NCBI GenBank assembly: GCA_937880125.1
Contig: CALFLU010000093.1
Span: 1 to 56,694 of the forward strand
Reading direction: 5' to 3'
Length of the DNA stretch: 56,694 nucleotides
Origin: an uncultured Eubacteriaceae bacterium
GTDB taxonomy: Bacteria; Bacillota; Clostridia; Eubacteriales; UBA1433
Made by a program: the position numbers and the translations under genes. Each line of letters begins with the position of its first letter. Position 1 is the first letter of the stretch. Shown piece by piece: positions 10,810-23,117 of the stretch. The notes below the pieces were generated by a model. It searched no databases, was not told the DNA's origin, and worked only from the letters and a program-made list of their open reading frames with translations.

Positions 10810-11409
10810 TTATTGAAACAACACTTCCGCAACTTTTGTGGAAAGCGCGTCACGCTGCATGCGAACCAATTCGTCCAGCGCCGCATTCACTTCGACATCG
10901 CCGCGAACAAGTACAATGCCACCTGCCATAGGTCGCGTTTTTTCTGATATGGTCAATTGACCATTTTTGCCTTTTTCTTTCAGCATTTCGTTTGCGGCAG
11001 CAATAATTTGCTGACCGTGTTTTTCTTTATCTTCCGGAGAAAAAATCACTTGTTCCGCTCCGTTTTCCGATGCGTTTGCCGCAAGTCGGGCAAGAAGAGC
11101 AACGTATTGCTCTGCCGGAAGCGAACGAAGGTTGTTTAACGCAGTGTCAAATGCCTGTGCAATCAACTCTTGTTTTTTCTGTAAAAGCGTTTTGCGCGCT
11201 TCTAGTCCGGCGTTGGATTCGTACTTTCTTTCTTGTGCAATCGCCTGTCTGCCGCCCAGTTCTTCGAGTTCAGCGGCGGCAACTGTTGCTTTGTTCTTAT
11301 AGGTTTCTAAAATTTTTCCTGCTTCTGCTTTTGCCTGTTCTATTATTTTTTGCGCATCCGCATTTGCTTCTTCTAAAATTTTTCCTGTTATTTTTTCAAT
11401 ACCATTCAT
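10810..11409 (-). CDS. ntpE: V-type ATP synthase subunit E
   Basis: About 199 aa with an Ala/Glu/Lys-rich coiled-coil N-terminus (ILEEANADAQKIIEQAKAEAGKILE). I chose the ATG at 11409, which has AGGTG 7 nt upstream. The ORF track extends to a GTG at 11418. Confidence 0.85.
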   Translation of the reverse strand: MNGIEKITGKILEEANADAQKIIEQAKAEAGKILETYKNKATVAAAELEELGGRQAIAQERKYESNAGLEARKTLLQKKQELIAQAFDTALNNLRSLPAEQYVALLARLAANASENGAEQVIFSPEDKEKHGQQIIAAANEMLKEKGKNGQLTISEKTRPMAGGIVLVRGDVEVNAALDELVRMQRDALSTKVAEVLFQ

Positions 11410-11435
11410 AATTTGCACCTGTTTCTCATTCGCAA

Positions 11436-13866
<2,431 letters not shown>

Positions 13867-13876
<10 letters not shown>

Positions 13877-14184
13877 GATAAAATCCTTTCGGTAATGACG
13901 GATACAGCCTTGTCCATTGCTGCCTGCCCGGTTTGACCCAGGGCGTCAGCATTGCTCTTGGCTGTTTGCTCAATTTTTTGAGCTTCGGCAGTGCCTGCAC
14001 GATCTGCGTCGGCATAAAGATTCGAAATGCGTACATTCGCTTCTTCCTTTGCTTTTGCCACCAACGCCTCACCATCTGCTTCCGCCTGGGCAAGGATGCG
14101 TTTTGCCTCGGAAGCGGCCTCTGCGCGAATCTTTTCCGCTTGGCTTTCGGCCGCGGAAATGGTTTTAATTGCGTCAAAGTTCAT
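13867..14184 (-). CDS. V-type ATP synthase subunit G/H-like (peripheral stalk)
   Basis: 105 aa, Ala/Glu/Lys-rich coiled coil (SAAESQAEKIRAEAASEAKRILAQAEADGEALVAKAKEEA). It is the first gene of the operon and overlaps subunit I by 10 nt. Confidence 0.8.
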
Positions 14185-14273
14185 GAGTAATACCGCCTTT
14201 TAAAGTGTTTTTTAGAAACAAAATATCTTAATTTCTGAAAATATTCTTCAGAAAATAAAATACTGTACGATGA

Positions 14274-14302
14274 ATTTTAACATATTGCTTTTTGATTGTC
14301 AA
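14274..14302 (-). promoter_or_regulatory. Sigma-70-like promoter of the V-ATPase operon
   Basis: The minus strand reads TTGACA (14302..14297), a 17-nt spacer, then TAAAAT (14279..14274). The roughly 85-nt leader contains a small hairpin, tttctgaa-N7-ttcagaaa. Confidence 0.55.
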
Positions 14303-14380
14303 AAGAATAACATAATTCTTGCACAATTTTTTTATATTTGCCTAAAAACGTGCTCAAAACCCAGTTTTTCCCACATGAAA

Positions 14381-14851
14381 TCAGGATTTTACATATCTCT
14401 CCGTCGCAATCTGCGCCTCGTCCAGCAACTGTTTTGCCAAGTCGTCAGGATAGTCTCCCGAATACACAATTCGCTTGATTCCGGCATTGATAATCATCTT
14501 TGCACATTGCACACAGGGATTGTGTGTAATGTAGATGGTTGCCCCGTCAATACTCACCCCATAGGTCGCCGCTTGAATAATCGCATTTTGTTCCGCATGA
14601 ATGCCTCTGCAAAGTTCGTGATGCTGCCCGCTGGGAATGTTGAGCTTCTCCCGCAAGCATCCCACTTCATAGCAATGTTTGAGCCCCGAGGGCGCACCGT
14701 TGTAGCCTGTGGCAATGATTCTCTTATCTTTGACGATGATGGCACCTACTTTTCTGCGATAGCAGGTGGAACGCTCTTTCACCGTCTGCAATATGCTCAT
14801 AAAATAATCATCCCAGGAAGGTCTTTGTTCGATTTTATTTTCGTTTGTCAT
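14381..14851 (-). CDS. comEB: dCMP deaminase (ComEB-type)
   Basis: Zinc motifs HAEQNA and PCVQCAKMI, plus the typical N-terminus [10 protein letters not shown] chose the ATG at 14851, which has AGAGGG 9 nt upstream. The ORF track starts at a GTG at 14860. Confidence 0.92.
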   Translation of the reverse strand: MTNENKIEQRPSWDDYFMSILQTVKERSTCYRRKVGAIIVKDKRIIATGYNGAPSGLKHCYEVGCLREKLNIPSGQHHELCRGIHAEQNAIIQAATYGVSIDGATIYITHNPCVQCAKMIINAGIKRIVYSGDYPDDLAKQLLDEAQIATERYVKS

Positions 14852-14881
14852 CACATACACCCTCTTTCATCGTTGGACTTT

Positions 14882-15328
14882 CTATTTATTTTTGTCTTCG
14901 TACTCGGTAATAATGCGAATTCTGTTTTCGTGCCGTTGCCCTTCAAATTCTGTTTCCAAAAAAACTTTGACCATTTCCAGTGCCGCCCGCTCTGCGGTAA
15001 AGCGCGCGCCGATGGCCAGCACATTTGCATCGTTGTGCTGCCTGGCAAGAACCGCACGTTCTTTGTCGCAGGCAAGGGCTGCACGAATTCCGCGTACTTT
15101 GTTTGCCGCAATCGACATGCCAATTCCGCTGCCGCAAAGAGCAATGCCGTAATTGACCGTTTTTGCCGCCACCGCCTCAGCCAATGCCAACGCGTAATTT
15201 GGATAATCCACGCTTTGCGCAGAGTAAGCACCTACATCCAACACTTCGTGCCCTTCTTCTTTCAACATCTTTTTAATGCTTTCTTTCAATTCATAGGCAG
15301 CATGGTCACTGCCGATTGCTATTTTCAT
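14882..15328 (-). CDS. rpiB: Ribose-5-phosphate isomerase B
   Basis: MKIAIGSDHAAYELK and GIALCGSGIGMSIAANK are RpiB/LacAB hallmarks. I chose the ATG at 15328 because of AAAGGGA spacing. The ORF track starts at 15337. Confidence 0.93.
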   Translation of the reverse strand: MKIAIGSDHAAYELKESIKKMLKEEGHEVLDVGAYSAQSVDYPNYALALAEAVAAKTVNYGIALCGSGIGMSIAANKVRGIRAALACDKERAVLARQHNDANVLAIGARFTAERAALEMVKVFLETEFEGQRHENRIRIITEYEDKNK

Positions 15329-15785
15329 TTTTTTCATTCCCTTTCAATTTTTCGATAACACTGTCGATATATGTCTCCAACTGCCGTGCTGTTTGCTCAT
15401 ATCGTTCTTCGTTTGCGCCATAGGGATCTTCAACATCCCTCTCTTCTCCGACGTAGCTGCTCAAACGATGGATTTTGTCCGCATAGGCACAGTAGTGTTC
15501 TTTTAAGTTCTCCGCATGGGTTCGCCCCATGCACAAAACCAGCTCCGCTTCGTGCATATTTTTTTCCTCAACGCGTTTTGCCACATGGTTTTGCATATTT
15601 AAATTTCTTTTTTTCATCACGCTTTGCGCCTGTGTGCTGGCCGGCGCCGGCATGGCGTAAATCCCTGCAGAATGAGCCGCAAATCGCCTGCGTAAATCGG
15701 TTTTTTCGATTTTGTCATTAAAAATGTATTCTGCCATTGGGCTGCGGCATGTATTGCCTGTGCAAACAAAGAGTATTTTTTTCAC
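15306..15785 (-). CDS. Low-molecular-weight protein phosphatase (YwlE-like arginine/tyrosine phosphatase)
   Basis: P-loop motif LFVCTGNTCRSPMAE at the N-terminus and a later DP motif (VEDPYG). GTG start. The sua5-ptp-rpiB order matches Bacillus ywlC-ywlE-ywlF. Confidence 0.9.
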   Translation of the reverse strand: MKKILFVCTGNTCRSPMAEYIFNDKIEKTDLRRRFAAHSAGIYAMPAPASTQAQSVMKKRNLNMQNHVAKRVEEKNMHEAELVLCMGRTHAENLKEHYCAYADKIHRLSSYVGEERDVEDPYGANEERYEQTARQLETYIDSVIEKLKGNEKNENSNRQ

Positions 15786-15879
15786 GATTAATTTTTACCA
15801 TTCAACAAGTGTGGTTTCCTTTATTATATTAATCATTGCCTATTTAACATTATTATAATCATTATGCTTTACCGCTTTA

Positions 15880-16824
15880 TCAAAGATAGCATTTTACAGC
15901 GGCTTTTTCCATGCGGTTTGCCAATGCAGTGCCAATTTCTTTTTTCTCAACTTCTTCACAGAGAATGACTTTGCAGCCTTTCTCACATGACATTGGCTTC
16001 CGGAATGAAGGAATTTGCCCAGTAGCCATTGTAGGCTGCCCCGTCATGGGCTCTTTTTTTAAAAAGCGTTTTATTTTTTCAATTTTTTTATCGAAGGCAC
16101 CCGCAACAATCATCACTTTTGCGCGGGGCTGATAATGCCCATATTTCATGCCGGGTGCCAAGGGCACCTCAACGGTTTGTGCAGCCAGCGTGGCTTTGCC
16201 CACATCGTTAATAAGCATCTCCTGCGTAATGCCGCCTGTGCGAAGAATAATCGGATAACTTCCTCTTGCATCTATAACGGTGGACTCGATGCCCACGCGC
16301 ACATTGTCTTGCGCTAATATGACATCAATTCTCTGCCCCATATCCGCCACCACGTGCTTTGCCTTTGTGGGGCTGGGACGACCGGAAAGGTTGGCACTGG
16401 GCGCGGCGATATATTTCCCGCTTTTTTTAATCAATGCCAGCGCCGTTTGATTATCGGGCATACGCACCGCCACGGTAGACAGCCCCGCCGATACGGCGGA
16501 ACCAAAATTATCTTGCCTGTTGAGTACCACGCTCAGCGGTCCCGGCCAATATTTTTCCGTTAGAAAAAAGACCCAATCGGCAATGTCTTTGGCAATGTGC
16601 GTCAAATCTTCTTTGTCGGCAATATGCACAATGAGCGGGTTGTCGGCAGGGCGTCCTTTTGCGGCATAGATCTTTTGAACCGCTTGCGCGTTTTGCGCGT
16701 CCGCACCCAATCCATAGACCGTTTCCGTCGGAAAAGCCACAAGCCCCCCCTCGCGGATGACTTGCGCGGCCTCTTCTATCGCATGATCCCAATTTTCGAC
16801 CTTGTCTTTATCGTAAAATTTCAT
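15880..16824 (-). CDS. tsaC: L-threonylcarbamoyladenylate synthase (Sua5/YwlC type, with C-terminal Sua5 domain)
   Basis: Motif GGLVAFPTETVYGLGADA. I chose the ATG at 16824 (MKFYDKD...). The longer ORF-track start at 16911 would overlap prfA by 56 nt. Confidence 0.9.
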   Translation of the reverse strand: MKFYDKDKVENWDHAIEEAAQVIREGGLVAFPTETVYGLGADAQNAQAVQKIYAAKGRPADNPLIVHIADKEDLTHIAKDIADWVFFLTEKYWPGPLSVVLNRQDNFGSAVSAGLSTVAVRMPDNQTALALIKKSGKYIAAPSANLSGRPSPTKAKHVVADMGQRIDVILAQDNVRVGIESTVIDARGSYPIILRTGGITQEMLINDVGKATLAAQTVEVPLAPGMKYGHYQPRAKVMIVAGAFDKKIEKIKRFLKKEPMTGQPTMATGQIPSFRKPMSCEKGCKVILCEEVEKKEIGTALANRMEKAAVKCYL

Positions 16825-16855
16825 AATTCCTCGACAAATATCGGTTGAACCGATA

Positions 16856-17926
16856 TTACTCTTCGCTGCTCTTGAGCAATTCCGCTTGATTTGCCAGCTG
16901 CAGCGCGTCAATCATCTCGTCCATTTCACCGTTTAAAAATGCCTCCAGTTTATACAGCGTCAACCCGATACGGTGGTCGGTTACTCTGCCCTGCGGAAAG
17001 TTATAGGTGCGAATGCGCTCGCTTCTATCCCCGCTGCCCACCTGGCTTTTTCTGTTTTGCGCCATTTCGTCCTGCGCTTTTTTCAACTCTGCATCATAGA
17101 GTCTGGCCTTGAGCACTTTCATCGCCTTTTCTTTATTTTTCAACTGCGATTTTTCGTCTTGGCAGGTCACTACAATGCCCGTGGGCAAATGCGTAATGCG
17201 CACTGCGGAGTCTGTGGTGTTCACGCTTTGTCCGCCGTGTCCGCCGGAGCGAAACACGTCTACGCGCAAATCGTTGGGATTAATCTCTATTTCCACATCT
17301 TCCGCCTCGGGCAATACCGCCACGGTGGAGGCCGACGTATGGATGCGCCCGCTGGATTCGGTCAGCGGAATGCGCTGAACGCGATGCACACCGCTTTCGT
17401 ACTTGAGTTTGCTGTAAGCACCTTTGCCCTGCACGGCAAAAATCACTTCCTTATAGCCCCCTACACCGATTTCATTGGTGCTGAGCAGCTCGGTTTTATA
17501 ATTCACCCGTTCCGCATAGCGAAAATACATGCGCAGCAAATCACCTGCAAACAGCGCCGCCTCATCACCGCCCGTTCCCGCACGAATTTCTATAATAACG
17601 TTCTTCTCGTCGTTTTCGTCCCTTGGCAACAATAAAATCTTGAGTTCTTCTTCAAGTTCTTGAGCCACAGTGCTCAACTCTTCGATGTCGTCTTCAATCA
17701 TTTTTTTGAAATCTTTGTCCACTTTTTCGTTCAAAAGCTCTTTGTTGCTGTCCAAATCTTCTTTTGTCTTTTTATATTCCGAATATTTGGCAACAATCGG
17801 ATCCAGTCTGGCGTGCTCCTTTGCCAACTCGCGAAATTTATTTTGTTCCGCAATGACCGCCGCATCGCTCAGCTGTTCATTTAACTCTTCATATCTCTCT
17901 AATATAAAATCCAGTTTCCCAAACAT
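16856..17926 (-). CDS. prfA: Peptide chain release factor 1
   Basis: 356 aa. GGQ motif ([17 protein letters not shown]) and an RF1-type tripeptide region ([15 protein letters not shown]). Confidence 0.96.
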   Translation of the reverse strand: MFGKLDFILERYEELNEQLSDAAVIAEQNKFRELAKEHARLDPIVAKYSEYKKTKEDLDSNKELLNEKVDKDFKKMIEDDIEELSTVAQELEEELKILLLPRDENDEKNVIIEIRAGTGGDEAALFAGDLLRMYFRYAERVNYKTELLSTNEIGVGGYKEVIFAVQGKGAYSKLKYESGVHRVQRIPLTESSGRIHTSASTVAVLPEAEDVEIEINPNDLRVDVFRSGGHGGQSVNTTDSAVRITHLPTGIVVTCQDEKSQLKNKEKAMKVLKARLYDAELKKAQDEMAQNRKSQVGSGDRSERIRTYNFPQGRVTDHRIGLTLYKLEAFLNGEMDEMIDALQLANQAELLKSSEE

Positions 17927-18004
17927 ATCTCCTCCAAAATGGTTATGTCGTTATGATTACGATTTTTTATTTTACCATAGCCCTTTTTATTTTACACCCA
18001 CTAT

Positions 18005-18634
18005 TCATATTTTTTTATTGCAAAAGGCGGCAAATCCGCACTCGGCGGGGTGATCCAAAAACAAACAATTTTTGTATTTTCGCATCATCCATACCACAGT
18101 GCTGTCTCCGCCCGCTGCCAGTACGTTAAAAATTCCCAATAGAAACCACCCGATATGAGATAGTACAATTCCCGCCACGCTCAAGCCGATTCCCAATACG
18201 AAAAGCGGCATCAGCGCACCCAGCAAATACGCACCGAATCGCAGAGGTTCTTGGCAGTGACAGTAAGGCGTCAAATACTCTTTTATTATGCCGAAATGAA
18301 TACTTTTCCATTTTTCTTTGCAAAAAAAATGCCAGGTGAAACCATGCAAAAATTCGTGCAGCGGAATGCAGATAAGAAACACAATGAAAAATAATAAAAC
18401 CTTTATAAACGAAAACTCAAAGGAGCCCCCTTGATGAAACAAAATATACAGCACAATCAAAACCAGCCCAATCGGTCCCGCCGTCACCAACGCCATGGCG
18501 CCGGCTTTGGCAATCGAAATCGTCTCAATATGCTCTTTATAGCCTTGAGCCATTAAGCGTTGCCTTTGTGCCGCAAAATTTGCAATACGCTGCTGTTTTT
18601 CTTGTTCTGATTTGTCTTCTTTTTGATTTTGCAC
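18005..18634 (-). CDS. Membrane protein with a zincin-like HExxH motif (DUF3267-like)
   Basis: 209 aa with about 4 TM segments. HEFLHG lies at the edge of a TM segment. The charged N-terminus is followed by hydrophobic helices. Confidence 0.6.
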   Translation of the reverse strand: MQNQKEDKSEQEKQQRIANFAAQRQRLMAQGYKEHIETISIAKAGAMALVTAGPIGLVLIVLYILFHQGGSFEFSFIKVLLFFIVFLICIPLHEFLHGFTWHFFCKEKWKSIHFGIIKEYLTPYCHCQEPLRFGAYLLGALMPLFVLGIGLSVAGIVLSHIGWFLLGIFNVLAAGGDSTVVWMMRKYKNCLFLDHPAECGFAAFCNKKI

Positions 18635-18682
18635 GTTCGTTTTTTCCTTTTGCTTACATCATTTCCTCAAGACTTTCGCACT

Positions 18683-20149
18683 CTATTCTTCCTCTTCCAA
18701 CACCACATTATCCTGCACCCAACACGAGATGCTGCGACCCGTCACGAGAAATTCACCAAATCCTTCGCCGTCAATAAGTACTTTTTCTGTGTGGTTTCCC
18801 AAATAGTCGGCAAAGGTGGCATTTGCAAATTGCTCGCCCACAAACATGCGAATGGTACCTTCTTCATGATTGCTCATCAGCGTAGCGCTGGGATAAGGGT
18901 GCTCTTCATCACCCAAGCGTACCCAGCCGATGCAGTTGGACGTCTCAAAATAATCATTTTGCTCACCATAGGCAAAGCTCTTGCGACAAAGCAGCAGTTT
19001 TTCAATAATGTCTTTCTTGTCCTCCACAAGATAATCTCCGCCGATTCCGTAATAGTCTCCAAAGAAAATACAAGGATAGCCGTCTTTGCGCAGTAAAATG
19101 GCACCGTAGGCCAAGGGTTTAAACCAATCCTCCACCCAGGAAGAAAGCGCCTGATCGGGCTGTGAATCATGATTGTCCACAAAGGTAACGGCCAGCAACG
19201 GCTTTTTTTGTACCAGCGAATTGTCAAACAGCGTTCGCAAATCATAATGTTCGTTTTCTTGCGCGGCACGGTAAAAATTAAAATGCAGTGCCACATCCAG
19301 CAAATCTATTTCATATTCTGTTTGTTCCGCATAATTGTGCACCATGTCCCCGTCTGCTGCCCAATATTCACCAAAAACATAAAAATCTTCTTTGTCTTTG
19401 CGGCTATGACGCGTAAAGTCGCGCATAAAAAAATCGTTAATGTGTTTTAGTGCATCCAGTCGGTATCCGTCTACTTTGGTCTCCTGACAAAACCAATCCG
19501 ACCAGGCAAACAATTCTTCGACAACATCAGGATGGCGATGATCAATGTCCGCAAACATCAAATAATCAAAGTTGCCATATTCCATTGACACGCCTTGCGC
19601 CCAATCTTTACCCTCCCCGAGAATTTTGAAAATGCTTGTTTTCCCTGTTTTTCCGTCAAAGTCCACACCGGTAAAATGGTTGTAATTCCAAATAAAATCC
19701 GAATACTTTCCGTCCCTTGCCGAAAAATCAAATCCTGTCCACCCGTCAATATCATAGGGCTCCGAAATGGTTTCCAATCTGTTTTGTGCCGAAACTTCCA
19801 CCGCTTGAAACGTCTGTGCATAATCTGCACCCGCCTTGTGATTGAGCACCACGTCCGCATAGACGCAAAACCCCTTTTCCTGTGCGGTTGCAATCAAGTC
19901 CAACAACTCTTCTTTTGTGCCGTATTTGGTGCGCACTGCGCCCTTTTGGTCAAATTCCCCCAAATCATACAAATCATAAATTCCATAACCCACATCGTTG
20001 GTACCTGTCGCTTTGCAGGCCGGAGGCAGCCAAAGGGCATTGATTCCTATCGAATACAAGTGGTCCAATTGATCTTTCAGCCAGCGATAAAATCCGCCGT
20101 CGCTGTAAGCATACCACTCAAAACATTGCATCATGATTCCGTTTTTCAT
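18683..20149 (-). CDS. Cytoplasmic alpha-amylase, GH13 (Bacillus licheniformis/E. coli AmyA-like)
   Basis: Motifs MQCFEWY, DVVLNHK, GYRLDALKHI, FGEYW and FVDNHDSQP. No signal peptide. I chose the ATG at 20149, which has AAAGGA about 10 nt upstream. The ORF track starts at 20179. Confidence 0.9.
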   Translation of the reverse strand: MKNGIMMQCFEWYAYSDGGFYRWLKDQLDHLYSIGINALWLPPACKATGTNDVGYGIYDLYDLGEFDQKGAVRTKYGTKEELLDLIATAQEKGFCVYADVVLNHKAGADYAQTFQAVEVSAQNRLETISEPYDIDGWTGFDFSARDGKYSDFIWNYNHFTGVDFDGKTGKTSIFKILGEGKDWAQGVSMEYGNFDYLMFADIDHRHPDVVEELFAWSDWFCQETKVDGYRLDALKHINDFFMRDFTRHSRKDKEDFYVFGEYWAADGDMVHNYAEQTEYEIDLLDVALHFNFYRAAQENEHYDLRTLFDNSLVQKKPLLAVTFVDNHDSQPDQALSSWVEDWFKPLAYGAILLRKDGYPCIFFGDYYGIGGDYLVEDKKDIIEKLLLCRKSFAYGEQNDYFETSNCIGWVRLGDEEHPYPSATLMSNHEEGTIRMFVGEQFANATFADYLGNHTEKVLIDGEGFGEFLVTGRSISCWVQDNVVLEEEE

Positions 20150-20232
20150 TTTTGTTCCGTCCTTTATTGTTATTGACATTTCTTGCTATCTCACTCTATC
20201 TTCATCTGTAAGCAAAGTCTTTTCTCCTTGCC

Positions 20233-21120
20233 TTATCCGCCACTGCTCATTGCTTTTAGCGTAACGACAACAATCTCCGGCGGGTTAAACAATCGAATGG
20301 GAATAAAACTGTTGCCCAGTCCACGGCTCACCACCATGCGCGAAGTAGCCAGTGAGTACATGCCTGAGGTGTATTTGGGAAAAATCCCCTGATTTGGCGC
20401 CATCAGAGCTTTGTTGATTATGGGCAGCCTCACCTGCCCGCCGTGGGCATGGCCGCAAAAGATGATATCTGCTCCCCAATCGGCATACATTTTAAACCGT
20501 TCCGGTCTGTGTGCCAGCAAAATCGTTAAGCCATTTTCGTCTGCCGCATGAATGTTTTTGCCCAACGCTTCTTCATACTTCTCTTTGTTTTCACTGCGTG
20601 TTCTTATTTCATCATAGCCAAAGAGCATCATCGTTGCGCCGTCTTTTGTAATACTCGCCGTATCCCTTGCCAACATGCCCACCCCTGCGGCACACATCAT
20701 TTTTTCAAGATTGCCATATTGCTCTTGCGCCTGCGCTTCGTGATTGCCCGTGACATAATATATCGGCGCAATCGTTGCCGCCTGCAAAATCAATGCCATT
20801 GCATTTTCTGTGCCCCCATCATTTTTATCAATGATGTCTCCGGTAATCACAATAATATCTGCGCGGCTGTCTTTGAGTGCCGATAACAATATTTCTTGAT
20901 CTTCGCCAAATGCATCATTGTGTAAATCTGACAATTGCACAATGCGCAGGCCGTCAAAAGCCTGTGGCACTTTGGCATCGATAAATTCTATTTCCGTTAT
21001 GGCAACCTGGTTGTTTTGCCAAACAGCAAAATAACCGATTAGTATCAGCAGGGTCGCTATGGCTATCTGTATATATTTTTTTCTGTTTCTATCGTCTTTT
21101 TTGCTTCGATTGATGTTCAT
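20233..21120 (-). CDS. Membrane-anchored calcineurin-like metallophosphoesterase (YkuE/YaeI-like)
   Basis: One N-terminal TM segment, followed by the motifs DLHND, GDIID, GNHE and GHAHGG. Confidence 0.85.
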   Translation of the reverse strand: MNINRSKKDDRNRKKYIQIAIATLLILIGYFAVWQNNQVAITEIEFIDAKVPQAFDGLRIVQLSDLHNDAFGEDQEILLSALKDSRADIIVITGDIIDKNDGGTENAMALILQAATIAPIYYVTGNHEAQAQEQYGNLEKMMCAAGVGMLARDTASITKDGATMMLFGYDEIRTRSENKEKYEEALGKNIHAADENGLTILLAHRPERFKMYADWGADIIFCGHAHGGQVRLPIINKALMAPNQGIFPKYTSGMYSLATSRMVVSRGLGNSFIPIRLFNPPEIVVVTLKAMSSGG

Positions 21121-21653
21121 TCTCTTGCCATTTGCAAAAATTCATATCCCTGCGCACTTACCCATGCGTTTTGCGGGTAGTTCGCTTTTTTTCGATTTTC
21201 CCAAATCAGATTTTCTTTCTTCAAATATGAAAAATAGCCCTCTATCGTCGGCATAAAAGTCTCTGCTCCCATGGATGCAAACAGTTTTTTCACATCCTGC
21301 AGCTCTATTTTGTTCTTCGTATCATCGATATAACAAAGCAGACCGCAAATAACCTTTCGCCTCGTGTGCACGCCTTTTCCTTTGACTGCACCACTGCTGC
21401 GCTGAAAGGCGTAGCCCGCCTTGCTCACCCAAAGACTCTCCTTTTCATGGTACTGAGCAATATCGATTAACCAACCTTGCTGTTTCATAAAATCTATATA
21501 TTGCGCCGCATCTTTTATTTCAAGATCGGGCACAGATTTTATCACGGCTTGCAAAGCAGCCGCAGCGGTATTTTCGCTGTTTGCGTCGTCAAAAAACGCA
21601 ATGATTTCGCCGATGATTTTTTCTCGTTTCATCTTTTTCTCCGTTTTTGTCAT
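21117..21653 (-). CDS. Hypothetical protein with an internal two-fold repeat (possible tandem winged-helix-like modules)
   Basis: 178 aa. Its stop overlaps the metallophosphoesterase start (ATGA). Residues about 8-84 and about 97-176 align with each other, for example AQYIDFMKQQGWL...WVSKAGYAF against EGYFSYLKKENLI...WVSAQGYEF. Confidence 0.55.
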   Translation of the reverse strand: MTKTEKKMKREKIIGEIIAFFDDANSENTAAAALQAVIKSVPDLEIKDAAQYIDFMKQQGWLIDIAQYHEKESLWVSKAGYAFQRSSGAVKGKGVHTRRKVICGLLCYIDDTKNKIELQDVKKLFASMGAETFMPTIEGYFSYLKKENLIWENRKKANYPQNAWVSAQGYEFLQMARE

Positions 21654-21905
21654 AGTGCCCCCGTTGTTATAATCTGTCTTTTATCATGTGCCGTCTGTTT
21701 CATGACCTTGGGCAATCCAGGCTATACATCACACTCAGTATAACATATTTTTTTATTTTTATGATATTGCCGCGAGCAGTTGTCGCCTATAAAAAAACAA
21801 TTGTTTTTATGTAATTACAAAATTATCTCGCATGTTCACGCAAAAAATGATATGATATTTTGTATCTTTATTTACTCGTTCAATGATTTTAAACAAAAGG
21901 AGATT

Positions 21906-23111
21906 ATGACTATGCCTGCCTATGCAAATCGTGTGAAAAACATGCAAGACAGTGCCCTGTATATGCGCGGCCTGTTCGGCGGAATGACCAATCCCGACAT
22001 CATTTCTTTTGGCGGAGGCGCGCCCGCTCCGCAGGCGTTGCCTGCAGATATTCTTCATTCCATCGCAAACGAGGTTTTAAAAAGCGATGCCCGCGGATGC
22101 GAAGCCTTGCAATACAGCAACACCATGGGTCTTAAAGACCTTCGTCAAGCCGTGGTCAGCGAGTTGCTTGCTCCCTCCGGTGTCGAGGCCGATGTTGACA
22201 ACGTGCTCATCGTCACAGGCGGCTTGGAGACCATGAACCTGCTTTGCCAGGTCTATATCAATCCCGGCGATGTCATTTTGGTGGAAAGCCCCGCTTTTAT
22301 TCACTGTATTGATATTTTTAACATGTTTGAGGCCAAGTCCATTCCCTGCGAGTGCGACGATATTGGCCTTGTCATGGAAGACGTGGAAGCAAAGATCAAA
22401 CAATATCAGCCAAAAATCATCTATACCGTACCAACCTTTCACAACCCCACAGGCAAAACCTTAACGACCGAGCGGCGCAAACGCCTTGCCGAGTTGGGCA
22501 GTGAGTATGATGTGATTATTTTGGAAGACGACCCTTACCGTGACATTCGATACAGCGGCGAGACGCTGCCTACCATTAAATCCTTCGATAAAACCGGTCA
22601 CACCGTTATGGCCAACAGCTTTTCGAAAATGTTTTCCCCCGGCAGCCGACTGGGCTATGCCGTTGCGCGAAAAGATTTGATTTTGCTGTTGATGGATGCC
22701 AAAATTGCCACAAATTCACACACTTCCTCTCTGGATCAAGTGCTGTGCGCCGAATTTTTCAAAAGAGGCTATTACCGCGATCATCATCAAAAAATCTGCG
22801 ATTTATACCGCCAACGCCGCGACATCATGCTCGAATGCATCGATAAATATTTTCCGCAAGGCACAAAACGCACTTACCCTGACGGCGGATTTTATATTTG
22901 GGTGGAGTTGCCCGGCGGACTCGACAGTGGACAGCTGCTCGCTGAGGCCGAAAAGAAAAACATCTCTTATCTGGCGGGCGAAAGCTGGTTTGTCGGAGAA
23001 AAAAATGTCGGCAGCAACACGATGCGGCTCAACTTTGCCAATGCCAAAGAAGAAAACATTCGCTATGGCATCAAAACACTGGGTCAGTTGTTCACGGAAA
23101 AGCTGAAGTAA
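21906..23111 (+). CDS. PLP-dependent aminotransferase, class I/II fold (2-aminoadipate/aromatic aminotransferase-like)
   Basis: PLP-lysine motif SFSKMFSPGSRLGY. I chose the ATG at 21906, which has AAAGGAG upstream. The ORF-track N-terminal extension looks non-coding. Confidence 0.85.
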   Translation: MTMPAYANRVKNMQDSALYMRGLFGGMTNPDIISFGGGAPAPQALPADILHSIANEVLKSDARGCEALQYSNTMGLKDLRQAVVSELLAPSGVEADVDNVLIVTGGLETMNLLCQVYINPGDVILVESPAFIHCIDIFNMFEAKSIPCECDDIGLVMEDVEAKIKQYQPKIIYTVPTFHNPTGKTLTTERRKRLAELGSEYDVIILEDDPYRDIRYSGETLPTIKSFDKTGHTVMANSFSKMFSPGSRLGYAVARKDLILLLMDAKIATNSHTSSLDQVLCAEFFKRGYYRDHHQKICDLYRQRRDIMLECIDKYFPQGTKRTYPDGGFYIWVELPGGLDSGQLLAEAEKKNISYLAGESWFVGEKNVGSNTMRLNFANAKEENIRYGIKTLGQLFTEKLK

Positions 23112-23117
23112 ATATTT

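Noticed and set aside
14270-15358. 362-aa plus-strand ORF spanning the comEB and rpiB region
   Set aside because: It is antisense to two well-supported genes carrying clear catalytic motifs. Its translation is rich in Cys, Phe, His and Arg with no recognisable domain, and it has no RBS. It is a typical shadow ORF.
16825-16911. N-terminal extensions proposed by the ORF track, for example for sua5. The same applies to 21780..21905, 27238..27303, 32471..32530, 35396..35425, 35969..36028, 36528..36692 and 53429..53578.
   Set aside because: In each case an internal ATG with a strong Shine-Dalgarno sequence coincides with the start of the conserved protein. The extension would also overlap a neighbouring gene, promoter or terminator.
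16856-17926. Checked the release-factor gene for an RF2-style programmed +1 frameshift
   Set aside because: The gene is prfA (RF1-type tripeptide region). It is a single uninterrupted ORF, so no recoding signal is expected or seen.
21793-21808. 16-bp palindrome aaaaacaattgttttt in the divergent intergenic region upstream of the aminotransferase
   Set aside because: It is an AT-only, low-information sequence in an AT-rich promoter region. By itself it is not distinguishable from chance or from a curved-DNA tract.
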